A model generated the notes under the pieces. That model made no database searches, was not told the DNA's origin, and saw only the letters and a list, made by a program, of their open reading frames with translations. This document shows positions 34,238 to 46,888 of a stretch of 64,000 nucleotides of DNA, one piece after another. The position numbers were made by a program, and so were the translations under genes. The DNA is taken from positions 27,528,001 to 27,592,000 of the forward strand of contig NC_090355.1 of NCBI RefSeq assembly GCF_035084215.1, given 5' to 3'. How positions within the stretch are numbered: position 1 is the stretch's first letter; every line of letters begins with the position of its first letter. The stretch comes from Heptranchias perlo (Eukaryota).

Positions 34238-35685
34238 TAATAGGTACGGCACAGGAGGAGGCCATTCAGCCCATCATGCCTGTGCTGGCTCTTTGAAAGA
34301 GCTATCCTATTAGTCCCATTCCCCTGCTTTTTCCCCATAGCCCTGTAAATCTTTCCCCATAGCCCTGTAAATCTTTCCCCCACAAATATTTATCTAATTT
34401 CCTTTTGAAAGTTACTGTTGAATCTGCTTCCACCACCCCTTCAGGCAGTGCATTCCAGATCATTACAACTTGCTGTGTAAAAAAATGTTTCCTCATGTCA
34501 CCCCTGGCTCTTCTGCTGATCATCTTAAATCTGTGTCCTCTGGTTATCGATCCTTCTGCCACTGGAAACAGTTTCTCCTTACTCACTCTTTCAAAACCGT
34601 TTATGATCTTGAACACTTCTATCAAATCTCTCCTTAACCTTCTCTGTTCTAAGGCAAACAACCCCAGCTTCTCCAGTCTCTCCACATAACTGAAATTCCT
34701 CATCCCTGGTACAATTCTAGTAAATCTCTTCTGCATCCTCTCTAGGGCCTTGACATCCTTCCTAAAGTGTGGAGTCCAGAATTGAACACAATACTCCAGC
34801 TGAAGCCTAACCAGTGTTTTATAAAGGTTTAGCATAACTTCCTTGCTTCTGTACTCTATGCCTGCCTCTATTAATAAAGCCAAGGATCCCATATGGTTAT
34901 CCAACAGCCTTCTCAACTGCCACCTTCAAAGATTTGTGTATATGCACCCCCCAGGTCTCTTATTCCTACGCCCCCATTAAAATTGTACCATTTAGTTTAT
35001 ATTGCCTCTCCTCGTTCTTCCTACCAAAATGCATCACTTCACACTTCTCTGTGTTAAATTTCATCTGCCATGTGTCTGCCTATTTCACCAGTCTGTTTAC
35101 ATCCGCCTGAAGTCCGTTGCTATCCTCCACATTGTTTACTACATTTACAAGTTTCATGTCATCTGCAAACTTTGAAATTATACTGTCTATACCCAAGTCC
35201 AGGTCATTAATATATATTAAGAAGAGCAGTGGTCCTAATACTAACTCATGGGGAACACCACTGTAAACTTCCCTCCAGTCTAAAAAACAACCGTTCACCA
35301 CTACTCTCTGCTTTCTGTCCCCTAGCCAATTTTGTATCCACACAACCATTGTCCCTTAAATCCAATGGGCTTTAATTTTGCAAACAAGTTTATTATGTGA
35401 TTCTTTATCAAATGTCTTTTGAAACTCCATATACACATCAACTGCACTACTCATATCAACCCTCTCTGTTACTTCATCAAAGAACTCAATCAGGTTAGTC
35501 AAACACGATTTTTCTTTAACAAATCCATGCTGACTTTCATTTATTAGCCCATACCTTTCCAAGTGCCAATTAATTTTGTCCCAGATTATTGTCTCTAAAA
35601 GTTTCCCCACCACCAATGTTAGGCTGACTGGCCTGTAATTGCCGGGTTTACCCCTCTCCCCTTTTTTGCAATCCTCCAGTCCTCC
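34238..35685 (-). mobile_element. Older CR1 LINE fragment (RT and 3' UTR), frameshifted
   Basis: ORF pieces QHGFVKEKSCLTNLIEFF, LVLGPLLFLIYINDL..KFADD, YKTLVRLQLEYCVQFW, TRGH. A 22-nt tandem duplication sits near 34333-34376. Confidence 0.92.
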
Positions 35686-36504
35686 GATCTGGAGCTTTCT
35701 GTCCTGAGATCCAAGGAGAATAGTGTGGGTAGGAGGTGGAAGGAAAAGAAAGAATTGATGAAGGAAGGGATCGTAGAAGGATAAACAAATACTAAAAACT
35801 ATCTAATTACTATCACCCTGTCAAGACAGAGTTAATTCTCCAGGTCAATAAGGTTTTGAAATTGTGACTTTGAGATTCCTTAAAATAACACAAAAACAAA
35901 ATGGAACACACGACTTAAAAGTCACAATAAACACTTACACTTTTTGCTTCAGGTACAATAGAATCATTTTTAATATAAAAATGTGTCTTCAGCAGTTAAA
36001 ACAAGTTCAAACAAAAGAGATACAGTCAGGTAGTTTAACACCATTTGGAATGATTGATCTTCTTAAAATCTGGTTTGGGCAGCATTATGTTATCAGAATA
36101 CTCATGGAACTGGATCAAATCTTTTTTCCCCTTTAATTCTTTGATGACAGTCTCCTTGATGAGGTCAGAACTTGAGGCAGCAATGTTCCTATACAAATGC
36201 AAGTACCGTCTACATTATGCATTGTGAAAGACTTTCCACTTGTTAGCAAATTGGTAACAAACCTGGAACCTTCTTGAGATGGTTAGCTCAGTTCCACCTT
36301 GAGCAGCGTACTTAACAATTATGCCTAACTTTTCTTTAAAATCACAAAAGACACCAGTTTCTTTAAGGACAGTATTGTTAGGGTCCTAGTATTTACCAAA
36401 CTAACCTCCAATGAAACCTCTTGTCTGTGGTAGTACTGTACTAATTCTTCAACTGTTGCTATTTAATCCAATTTCCTTGCCCTTTCCCCATATCTAATTA
36501 TATT

Positions 36505-36533
36505 CTGACGAAAGGTCATCGACCTGAAACGTT
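36505..36533 (+). ncRNA. Minimal hammerhead ribozyme core motif
   Basis: CTGACGA-A-AGGTC-atc-GACCT-GAAA-CG-TT with the palindromic AACGTT in the stem III position. Confidence 0.6.
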
Positions 36534-36603
36534 AAATCTGTTTCTTTCTCCACAGATGCTGCCTGACTTGCTGAGTATTTCCAGCATTTTCTGTTTTTAT
36601 TCC
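36505..36603 (+). mobile_element. Penelope-derived short element beginning with a hammerhead core
   Basis: Flanking direct repeat AATTATATTCT (36496-36506, 36604-36614). Body as in 30129-30227. Confidence 0.75.
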
Positions 36604-36879
36604 AATTATATTCTTCCTTTTCTAATAACCCTCGGTATGAAAATAATCTTCTGAAGATCATTGTTACCAATTTGTCAACAAGTGGAAACAATCTTTCACA
36701 ATGCACCCTCTCAAAACCCTCCATAATCTTGAAAAATTATGTAACTTAAATGGAAGTTGAGGAGAGAGAAAAAACACTATGTGGTGACTTAAGTTTCTGG
36801 AAATGTTTTATAAAGTTCAGACATCAAGACTTACACAAAGTAATTTGTGATGTCGCTATTCAGGACTTAAAGCTGCCAT

Positions 36880-37215
36880 TATATGTTTATAGGATACTGC
36901 TTCATCTTAAAGTGGAGGATGCGAACTGGGAAGTAGGGAGAAAGTTGCAGAAAGAGGGTGCAGCGAGGGATTTGTAGATTAGGACGAGGGTTTTGAAATC
37001 CATGTGTTGGGGGATGAGGAGTCAGCAATGGCAGAAGTAATAGGTGGGCAGAATTTAGTCTGGGATAGAATCCAGGCAGTGGAGTTCTGGATGAGTTGGG
37101 AGTTAATGCAGATTGAACCTCAGGGGACTGTTACACAAAAGAATTGTAGAAATCAAGCCTGGAGGTGGTAATGGTTCAAATGAGGGTTTCAGTCATGGAA
37201 TGGTGAGTTAGGGGA
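36880..37215 (-). mobile_element. Degraded L2 LINE fragment
   Basis: GATGAGTTGG...TAGAAATCAAGCCTGGAGGTGGTAATGG...ATGAGGGTTTCAG is the reverse complement of the ETLI..F.TSRLD region seen at 25300-25345. Confidence 0.55.
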
Positions 37216-38474
37216 GACAAGTGATATCAATAATAAGCCACCTATACACACTTTGCTATATATCATAATTGTGGATAAAACTGAAAGATTTCTGCAATTA
37301 TAGTAACATATGCATCCACTTCAGAAAGACCAGTGTCAAAAATTACAATTATTTCACATGTATTTTTGAGATGACAGTGGCAGAATTTTGCCTTTAGTCT
37401 TCACAGTTATGGCCAAGTCATTCTGTAATGTTAAGGCTGTGCTATGTAATCAGTAGCACAATTAGTAAACTGGATTAGATACATTACCATGGAATGTTGC
37501 CTAGTTCAAATCAAAGAAACTAGTCTGAGCACCCAGCACCATTCATAAAAGGTAAGAAGAAAGCTCCTGGGGAACTCTTTAAAAAAAATGCTGGAAATAA
37601 ACAGCACGTCTATTAACATCTGGAAAGAGAAACATATTAGCATTCTGGGTAGAGACCTTTCATCTGTAGGACCGCAGATTATTGCACACGAACACAAAAG
37701 CTACAAACTTCAAACATTCTTGTTCTTTTAAAAATGAGCAGCAATATTTATGTACAAGGTGTTTTAGGCACAAATAAGATTAGGGCAATTCCAAATTGCC
37801 ACGATCTCAAAGGCAGATGAGATAGCTGTAATCCTTGATTCTTGAATATCTACTTAATCAGTTACAAAAGACTAAATTAAATACACACGTACTCACACAA
37901 GTTAAATGACTGTTCAGCTTATCCACTATCAAGAAGTCTTGTCCTTTTATTTAACACTGATCTTTTACTTCTTTAGCTTTCTCCCATCTCCACTTGTTTG
38001 TTTCCAATTTGGCTCCCCGATTAAAAAGAATAACTTGCATTTCTATAGTGCTCCTCAGAAACAGGAAACTGTCTCAAAGTGCTTTATATTGAAGGAAAAA
38101 AGTTTTACTTTCACTAACCTGCAAAGTCAGAGAAGTAAAAACTGAACAACAATCAAAATTATACAACTTGAAATTCATCTAATCATTTTGAGGGGAAAAT
38201 GTGACAGTTTGTTTCAGTGATTTCCAGGAGGGTTAAAAAGGTTTAAAATGCTACATATTTTCACACACTTGCATGTAAAGACAACAGCCACGACACTTTT
38301 CTTATTGCCTTTGATTCTGTTACTATTTAAATAGTGGAATTTGTTTTCATGGATTTTTGTAACAGTATATTCATCATTTGAATTTTAATAATTAGTCTGT
38401 CAGGATTTACCTTTAAAATCAATCCCTTAGATTCACAATTTTAAAAACTGCCTAGATGTTAACAATGGTAAATT

Positions 38475-38780
38475 GGGACCCTGATGGCTCAGTGGCATTA
38501 CCCAGTGAGCAGCTGAACCATACAGATCAGGATGGTTGTCGATTCAATTCCAGGCCAGTGCTAAGTTAGCTGATCTCAGCCAAAATGGCAGAATGGGTGT
38601 TACAGTTAGCCTCAGAACCTGGGAGTTACAGAGGCAAAAATCAGTTGGAGTACGGCTCCTGATTCCTGTTGGAAGTGCCAGTTTGTGGATGCCAGGTAAG
38701 GAAAGAACCAGGCTTGGCTGTAATACCCTCTGTGGTTGAATTGCCTGCAGATGCTCACTTTCAAGGATCACGCATAAATG
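38475..38780 (+). mobile_element. Old tRNA-headed SINE copy
   Basis: GATGGCTCAGTGG A-box and GCTAAGTTAGCTGATCTCAGC block shared with other copies. Confidence 0.55.
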
Positions 38781-38839
38781 CTAGGATTTTGACCTAGGCC
38801 CGCAACCTCTACCAAGAAAGACAAGTGCACCAAACCATG

Positions 38840-39085
38840 GGTACACCATCACTTCCAAGCTCTCCTCCAAGCCATACATGATCTGGATTTGGGCATATAT
38901 TGCCTTTCCTTCATCGTTGCTGGGCCAAAATCCTGGAATTCCCTACCCAAAACCATTGTCTGAGCACCCTCAGGACAAGGATTGCAGCATTCAAGGTTGT
39001 GACACACCAGTGCCTTCTCAGGGTAACTAGGAATGGGTAATAAATGTGGCCTTACCAGCATTTCTACATCCAGAGAACAATTTTT
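38840..39085 (+). mobile_element. LINE 3' tail fragment (family of 20085-20350)
   Basis: CCTTCATCGTTGCTGGGCCAAAATCCTGGAATTCCCTACC...GGGTAATAAATGTGGCCTT. Confidence 0.65.
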
Positions 39086-39379
39086 TTTAAAATGGCTACC
39101 TAGACATTGTACCAGAGGGTGGCTGCACCATTGTGGAATCAAACGCCAGCAAGGAGTGGTCATGAGGGAAGAAAGTTGGGAAGTAAAGGAAGAAAATCAG
39201 TTTAAAACTCGACCTATACATCCCTTTCATATTACTGCAAATTTGGTTCTCTTCTCCTACCAAATGAGGTGCTGTATGGATCACTTCTGGCCACAATTTA
39301 AATTTTAAAAAATGATACATTCTGTTCTAATTTGGACACCAGCCATACCTCAAATGTAACATTTGTTTTTGTTGCTAGC

Positions 39380-39690
39380 TTTCCCGCTTGCTGAAGTAGA
39401 ACTTGCAGTACCTCAGCCATGCGGCCATTTTTCACGTGAGCCTGAACGGCAAGTACGGTGAGAGCTATTTGCTTGTGGGAGAGGGGCAACCAGCCAAGTC
39501 CAAGCCTGTCCTCACCCAACTTCCACACACATTCATTTTCCTGCTGGAATCACATGATACTGACCAGGAGCAGGGAACCTTGGCTGACATTTCCCCTCCC
39601 TAGTCCAGGGAGAGACCAAATGCAGTATGTATACTGCCAGTCTGGCTGAGATCAGCTAATTTAGCATGGACTGGAAATCAAAGCTGGGTG
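39380..39690 (-). mobile_element. Old SINE copy
   Basis: GGCCATTTTTCACGTGAGCCTG...GGCTGAGATCAGCTAA blocks. Confidence 0.55.
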
Positions 39691-40509
39691 TTCAGTTAAA
39701 GAAAAAAAATCTAGAGTTCTAATTTTCCCACTTAAAAGCCCTGCAATTTCTATCTAAATTACTCCACGGTATTCCTGCTGGCCTTGCTATGACTACAACT
39801 TAAGATAAATTATTTGATAAAATATATTAGTGAGAATAACATGCAGATTTTAGAAAAAAAATCATTTATGGGAGAAAAGAGGGAGGAGGGACAACTGTGT
39901 CCCATTAACATGCTGTTGCCAAGTTAGAACTGAGAAATTACAGGATTTTAATTCGTACACCAGTAATTTTCAACAAGAGACCACAGTGGAAGTACCATTT
40001 TTGGTTAATCATTTTTCCTATCTCAAGCCGCAACTATTGTAACTCTTCACTATTTAGTATATAATTTCATCATAATCTCAGTTTGTGTAGCAACACAAAG
40101 TCAAAATTTAACTCAACCAACTTGTCAAGTGAAATATAGGAGACTATGCTTCATATCGCCAGTGTATGAGTGCAGCTTTCTATTTTTTCCCACATTCTTG
40201 CCTGTTTTTAAAATGATTTTCCCCAACCCGCTCAATCCACGCCAATTTCTAGAGACTGTGCAGTAAGCTCAGTCTCTACGTCCAACCTGGCCCCACTCTC
40301 ATTCGGGTCCGGACTCAATCCTGTGGTCAACCAAAAATACCTGTAGATCAGCTGATCGATCACCAAAATGATCTTGCCACCAGGAGCTGATTCCATTACA
40401 GCATGGAATGCCAGGTCAGAGTCTGGGGCCAGGTGCTGTTTCTTGTATTGAAAAGCTGTTTTTTAAAAAAATCACAATCAATCACTAGTAAAGAGAAAAA
40501 TGTAACAGC

Positions 40510-41070
40510 CTGGATCAATTAGTAGCACTCTGGCCTCTGAGTCAGAAGTTGTGGACTTGAGCACATAATCTAGTTGACACTGTTCAGGTTGACAGAAAAG
40601 ATCTCATGGCATTATTGGAAAAACAGGGAGTTCTCCCAGTGATCTGGCCAACATTTCTCCCTCCCAACAAATAAAATAGAAGTCCGAGCAGCCACAATGT
40701 GCAGTAATGTGTATCAAATACTGAGGTAAATGGTGTGTTGAGAGACATTAGAGGAAGCATCATGAGATCACAGACAGATTTCAGTGAAAATCAGATTTAC
40801 ATGTAATGATTTATGTATAATTTTATATAAAGTCAATGGAAAGGAAAATAAAGCTGGGTGTACAATGGATGGCCGATCCGCTGTCACCTGTTTCACGCCC
40901 CCGCCGAAGTTGAAAGTTCCTCCCATTGTCTGGACATTCATTCATTTACTGTTTGTATCCTTGCTGTGTACAAATTGGCTTCTGTATTGGCCCCACTTTA
41001 CTTCAAAAGTAATTCCAGTGGTTGCAAAGCTCCTTTGAACATCTTAAGGCACTACATAAATGCAAGCTCT
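40510..41070 (+). mobile_element. Interrupted Deu-domain-type SINE (head 40510-40670, tail about 40930-41070)
   Basis: CTCTGAGTCAGAAG head, CAGGGAGTTCTCCC core and TAAGGCACTACATAAATGCAAG tail, separated by inserted sequence. Confidence 0.55.
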
Positions 41071-41425
41071 TTATTTAAAGAGGGAATTATTTGTAAAATG
41101 GTGTCTAGAATCTCAGCCTATTAAATGTAGATCGATGATTTCTTTTTCCAGGTATTTTCGGCTGTAAAGTGGGGTGGGGAAGGAGGAGCAGGGGAGTCAT
41201 CTTAATCACGTTACCTGATACGTGAGTATATGTGGCAGACAAGCAGTAACACCAGCAAATAAGATATTAGAAGTCAGAGCAGCACCAATGTGCAGTAATA
41301 TGTATCAAACACTAAGGTAAATGGTGAGTTTGAATACACTAGAGGGAGAATCATGAGATTAGAGAGATTTCAGGAAAACAAAAACAAAAATCACATTTAC
41401 ATCTAATATTATACAATTATATAAT
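40675..41425 (+). repeat. Diverged direct duplication of about 150 bp (about 40675-40830 and 41265-41425)
   Basis: TAGAAGTC.GAGCAGC...AATGTGCAGTAAT.TGTATCAAA.ACT.AGGTAAATGGTG...ATCATGAGAT...ATTTACAT.TAAT occurs twice. Confidence 0.8.
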
Positions 41426-41660
41426 TGACACTTATATAAACAACTATATGTAAATCTATGTATATTTGTAATATTTATATCTATTCTGATATTACGTATT
41501 TTGTACATTCTTGATGGTTATTCATTCTATTTCAATGGCGACGGACAGGTGACTAACACAAATGTATTTGTAAGGAGGGTAGGTGGGGGGGGCACAGAAA
41601 TTTATCTTTTCAATTATTCTTAATTTTAAATTTATGAATAACACACAGAAGACCCACTCA

Positions 41661-41666
41661 TTTATT
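41661..41666 (-). terminator. Candidate distal poly(A) signal of LRRC8A
   Basis: AATAAA on the minus strand followed by GT-rich TGAGTGGGTCTTCTGTGTGT. Would imply a 3' UTR of about 3.5 kb. Confidence 0.3.
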
Positions 41667-44600
41667 TAAAAAAATATAAACTCAATGCACAATTTCTTAA
41701 GATTTTGGCCTGGAAGCCTATTAGCCGTCACAAAGTTATTTCAGTGTTAAGTAATAACCCTTTTATTGATCATCTTGTTTTCCATATTCAATATATAAAG
41801 GTCACTGGCTGCTTGTTTTTAAGCATATGCTTCTACATGTAGGAATGTCACAATAAGATTTTTTTTCTGTCTCTTTATATCTGTACAATGCCCATTTGGT
41901 TTATTCCAACAGTAGAGGTGATCCGTTGATTGTGACTTTTGAATGCTGAACAACTTTAGGCACCCAATTGTGATGGGAAATCAGTTTTGCCATTATAGAA
42001 ACTTAAGTCTCTTGTTATAAGAGAGAGACAGACAGACAGACAGAGACAAACAGAAAGGTAGAAAGAAAGAGGAAAGGCAGTGTTGAAGCACATGCAAGTA
42101 ATCAATCACTTCAGTTACCAAAGCAGCATCACGGTCCGAGTAAAACACACACAATAATTACAATACTGCAGAATATGAATAATCTTGTAATTTATTCCTA
42201 GCAATTCAACTTATGTAGGTAAAAATGCCAGATTTTACCATTCTGACGAGGCAAATTCAAAAAAGATGGGTTTATTATTGAGATATCTCACGACATCCCA
42301 ACTGAAATGCTGACCATTGGAAAACACTGCAGCTTTAAAATAGGGCTGTTAGACATGAAATTAACAACATTTCTAATTACATTTTAAAGAGGAATAAAAT
42401 TAAATGTAGGTTTTCAACATGGAGACTGTGAATAAAGCCTATTTCACAGCATTAGATAATACTTTCTACTGCTTTGATTAAATGTGTAAGCAAACCAGCG
42501 TATTTACAGTCACTTACACATTTAATAAGTCAAAGAGTCAAAATAACAAACCTGAGAAAAGTGTTGCTACTAGTTTAGGGCATATTCACCCCTGAGGACT
42601 GCAGAAGTCCTAGCATCAATTACAATTGAAAAATAATGAAATCTTATACAGAATCCAACTTATGTATGAAGCCAGCCAGTCCCATTAAAAGCATACTGCA
42701 ATAACTATTTCATTCTTAGTGAGTAATTGGGGATCATTGCAACATTTCCAGTAATTTGAGCATTAACAAAAATTGAAGCTTAGCACATACATTTGCTCTG
42801 GAAAACATTAGAAGAGGTTCACAACAAGCAACAATGACCCTGGAAGAATACCCTTTCTCCCCCCTTCCCCCAAAATGGGGGATGTTAGTGCTGGGGGACA
42901 GAACACTTTATATTTCTGGGGCACCCAGTGTCAGTATCAAGCTCTCTTAGGTTAGGCATAGCTTGATGCACAGTAAAGATCCCTCTACTCTGCCCCATCA
43001 ATGCACTTCAGCTCCACCCTCAGTAGAACACTGCTACTGCAACAGTTGTGAATTTTTTTCCAAACCATGCCTATCTGTGTGACATTGCCAATTAAAAGCA
43101 GTTTTGTATTGTAAGCCCATGCCCACTAGGAACTGCCCAAGTAGCTAGCAGACAAAAGACACTTTGGTCCCACCCGTCTGGGCTGGATTTAAACCCAGGT
43201 ACCATAGGTGACAGGCTTGTGTCTCACCCAAGGCCACCCAGCTCTTCAAATACCATTTTGTCCCAAATTATGGTAGACTAAAACACTTAAAATCCTGTGG
43301 ATTATCAATGGTTGAAGTACCAACCAGCATAGTACTGACTAGTCACAATGAATTGGAAAGAAGAAAAAAGATAACTTGTGAATGCTTGCAGCAGAAACAG
43401 AAAATGCTAGAATAGCACATATGGCCAATCAGCATTTAAAAGACGAAGAGAGGTTTATGTGGGTCCCACCCAAACTCTAACCTATCTTTTTCTCCCAGGT
43501 GCTGACTGGCCTACTGCATATTTCCTTAAGAAAAAAAATGGTTCTTTGTTCCCTATATGCCGTTGCTGTCTCTCCTTGCTTCTCAATACCTCTTCCACCC
43601 TCTTCTCACTATTATTTTCATCTTTTGTTGAACTTTTTCAAATTGCCTATTTGTTCTTTCTCTCATTTCATTGTTCTGTTTCAGGTGGGTTGAGGGCAGA
43701 GAGTAGGGAGGTGCAAGCTATACAGCAAGAAAACCAACAAAACACTGGTACGATCAGGTGTCTGATCTAAACAAATATATAATAGCAAGACCAGGACATT
43801 TAAAACACAGAAGCTGGTTTAGAAGAGACAACATAACTTTAGCCTAGGATGAAATGCTGGTAAGAAGCCAGATTAGCAGAGGCAATTCCCATGAGTAAAC
43901 AGCCACAGTGCAGCATGCAGGTTCATTATCAACAAGACTAAATTAGAATAGTTAATCACTGGAAAGTGTACAGAACATGATACACGAAAGGTACAGTACA
44001 CTATGATGAGGGGAATATTTTATACAGAAAAGTATTTTTAAATGAATATTTAAGTGAATTTTTCCAAACCAATTCCCCACACTCCCCAAGTGCTAGGGTG
44101 CAATGCTCTGGATACCGTGTCCAAATACCCATTCTTTTTATGTGAACCTAGACAGTGACAACAGGATATATGATAACACAGGCATCTTAACCAAACCCGA
44201 TTCCGTCTTTAACCGAGGTTCACACGGTTGTATTTCCAACTGGGGTCACTGGACAGTAACCGGGAGCATGTCTATACTTAATCTACATTACTACAGAGTT
44301 ATTTTTGAAGAACAGTTGCAGATGTAATGGAAAGTAGGTTTTGTTCTTAGGAACTACATTTTTTAAAATGAAACATGTGCCCCGAACAACTTAATTAAAT
44401 TGAAACATTAAAAAAAAACTATCCTTTAGTCTTTAACAGTTTTATAAAAAACCTATTCCATCGATCCCCAAATCTCAATACCCACTCCTCTCAGTTTACT
44501 GCCTACATCTGTAAAATAGGCCTCCATGGAAATTCCCCTCCCTCTTCTTAACTGTTTTGACAACATGACTCAGGAGTATTGTGTCGTGTTTTGCTCTATT

Positions 44601-45162
44601 TGAAGGGGCATGGTGGAAAGGATGTGAAATAGTGAGTTCAGCTCAATCATCGTGCTAAACAAAAAATCAGCTTGATGAAAAACTAGAATTTTTTTGGCTT
44701 AAGACGGTCAAAAGAGCATCATTTCAAAAAAATATCACCGGTTGTTTCATGCAAGGAATGTATTGCCTGCTCAGGGCAGATACAGTACCGGTCCCTAATA
44801 CAGTATCAGCTAAATAAATAACAAGGCATTGGCAATATCAGTCTGTTGACATGTCATGGCTATGAATGTATTAGCTTTTTTGTGATTCATTAAAGCAGAA
44901 GTATTAATTGTGTTTAGATATTTAAACCAGCTATTTCTTTAAGTGATTCTTTTAGTTACTGGCAGGCATTCCATTCTGTCTATCGCTCTGTTCCCCGTGG
45001 AGAGCACCAGTCCCAGGAACAGAAAATCAGACACTTTTCAGTTATACAAACAACAGAACAGGAGATCTGCTCATCATTCCAGCACAGCAGGCTACAAAAT
45101 CTGCTGAAAACTTGGCAAGATAGATTTTTTTTTTCCTTTTTCCCTTACAATATAAATAAAAT

Positions 45163-45438
45163 TCAGGCTTGTTCCTTGTCTGCTCGCCACAGTTGCTCCT
45201 TGACCTCAGATGGGAGTGTATTGAAGAGATCATCCTCTACTACGAGACCACTTCGCTTGAGTAGCCGGCATTCTCCGAGCTCCACAGGGAGGCACTCTAG
45301 TCTGTTTCCACGAAGCTCCAGCTGTGTCAAGCTCGTCAGCTCGCCGACTCGTGACGGCAGTGATAGCAGGCAGTTATTCCCTAGGTTTAGGGTCCGGAGC
45401 TTACGACATTGGAAGAGTTCAGGTGGCAGGGTTTCAAT
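45163..45438 (-). CDS. LRRC8A: LRRC8A (SWELL1) last coding exon (IETLPPELFQCRKL...LWRADKEQA)
   Basis: ttgcag acceptor at 45439, 91 codons plus stop. The C-terminus LWRADKEQA is diagnostic of LRRC8A. Confidence 0.97.
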   Translation of the reverse strand: METLPPELFQCRKLRTLNLGNNCLLSLPSRVGELTSLTQLELRGNRLECLPVELGECRLLKRSGLVVEDDLFNTLPSEVKEQLWRADKEQA

Positions 45439-46888
45439 CTGCAAGGTGGGAGGGGGGCAAAGAAGGGGAACAAAACGTCAAATACTTTAATTGATGTACT
45501 TGTTGGACCGAAGTAGCATTCATGAAGCATGTTAAAAAAAATACTTGTTTATTCAGAGAATATCAAAGATTTTTTGTAAACTCTCCAAGTTTTATCTTAT
45601 ATTTTATCTCATATTATACAATATTAGAAATTTGGAGGAAGTAATTTTCACATAGGCTGTAATACAGAAGACACACAATTAAACTTCAAAAGGATTAAAA
45701 AGCATTATTAAGGGCCTTCCAGCAAATCACTTGCAAATTAGTCTACTTTTGTCTTCACGAACTGTATGCATGCACAGATACATGTGCACAAAATGAATAC
45801 AGTGGAAAGTAGTATTTTTATTAGGTCCATTTGGACAGCACACATCTCCACAACCTCAAGCACTGCTTCACTGCAAGCTCATCATTGGTGGGATTTGCAC
45901 TGAGTAACTTGGGAGATTTGTTTACAAAAATAAAAAGCTGAGAGAAATATATTTTGGAAGTAGTTACTTCTAAGCCTCATTTTACTTTTAGAAAGATTAG
46001 TGGGTAGTTTCGGCCTTTATTTTATCTTTCTACTGGCAAGAGTGGAATAGGGCTAGCATGTACCTGTTTTCTAAACCTCCCACAATAACTCGCTTTCTGG
46101 GAAGGTTTAATGTGATATATCGAAACATTAATTAAATCAGTTTGAGAATCAAAAATAATGTAAGCAGTAAAAAAAAATGTTTTAAATCGACTTTAAACTC
46201 TGCATGGGCAAAAACATGTCACAGCTGCATATTAAAAAGGCTTCTACCTTTGTAAAAGTAAAGGCAAAGCCTAACTGATGTGATTACTGGCGTAACTGCT
46301 ACTTGCAATAATCTAGCAAAGATCTGGCAGCAGCTGCTTCAAGGAATGAGCAACTGTCATGCTCAACAGCTGAGGAGAGGCCTTAAAAGCCTCAACGTTC
46401 TGCAATTAGAGCAAATTTGGACTAATTCAGTTCAGGCTTGCAAAAAAAAGGTAATTGGGGAAAAAAACAGGGAAACTGAAAGGTTAAAATGTTAATCAAA
46501 AGCAAAATACTGCGGACCATATAAAGTACTTATGTCAGGTGTCCCTATAGGTACAAAACTAGAGCTCAGGGCTCCAGAGATCAAATCCCAGTCATTACAC
46601 AACAGGTTGTACTCGGGCTTCCCTTATAGTTTAACAGTCTCAACCTAGTGGAGGGAGGGAATACATAGCATACATCTTTATGAGGTAAGCAAACAGTAAT
46701 ATTAATGAAGTCCACAGGGCCTCTATCCGTGCTGTATAACTCTATGACTAGATGTTTAGATGTTAGACTGTCCTACCCTGCTGATTAAAAGATAGCATGA
46801 ATGATGGGCAGGAGAAGGCAAAATAGATGTAAATGTAGAATGAATACTGCACATATATTAATCATTATAGTCGAATGCGCACACTCAC

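Noticed and set aside
46865-46888. C-terminal VSVRIRL* of the 732-aa ORF as a truncated LRRC8A
   Set aside because: Read-through into the intron after the gtgagt donor. The true C-terminus is in 45163-45438.
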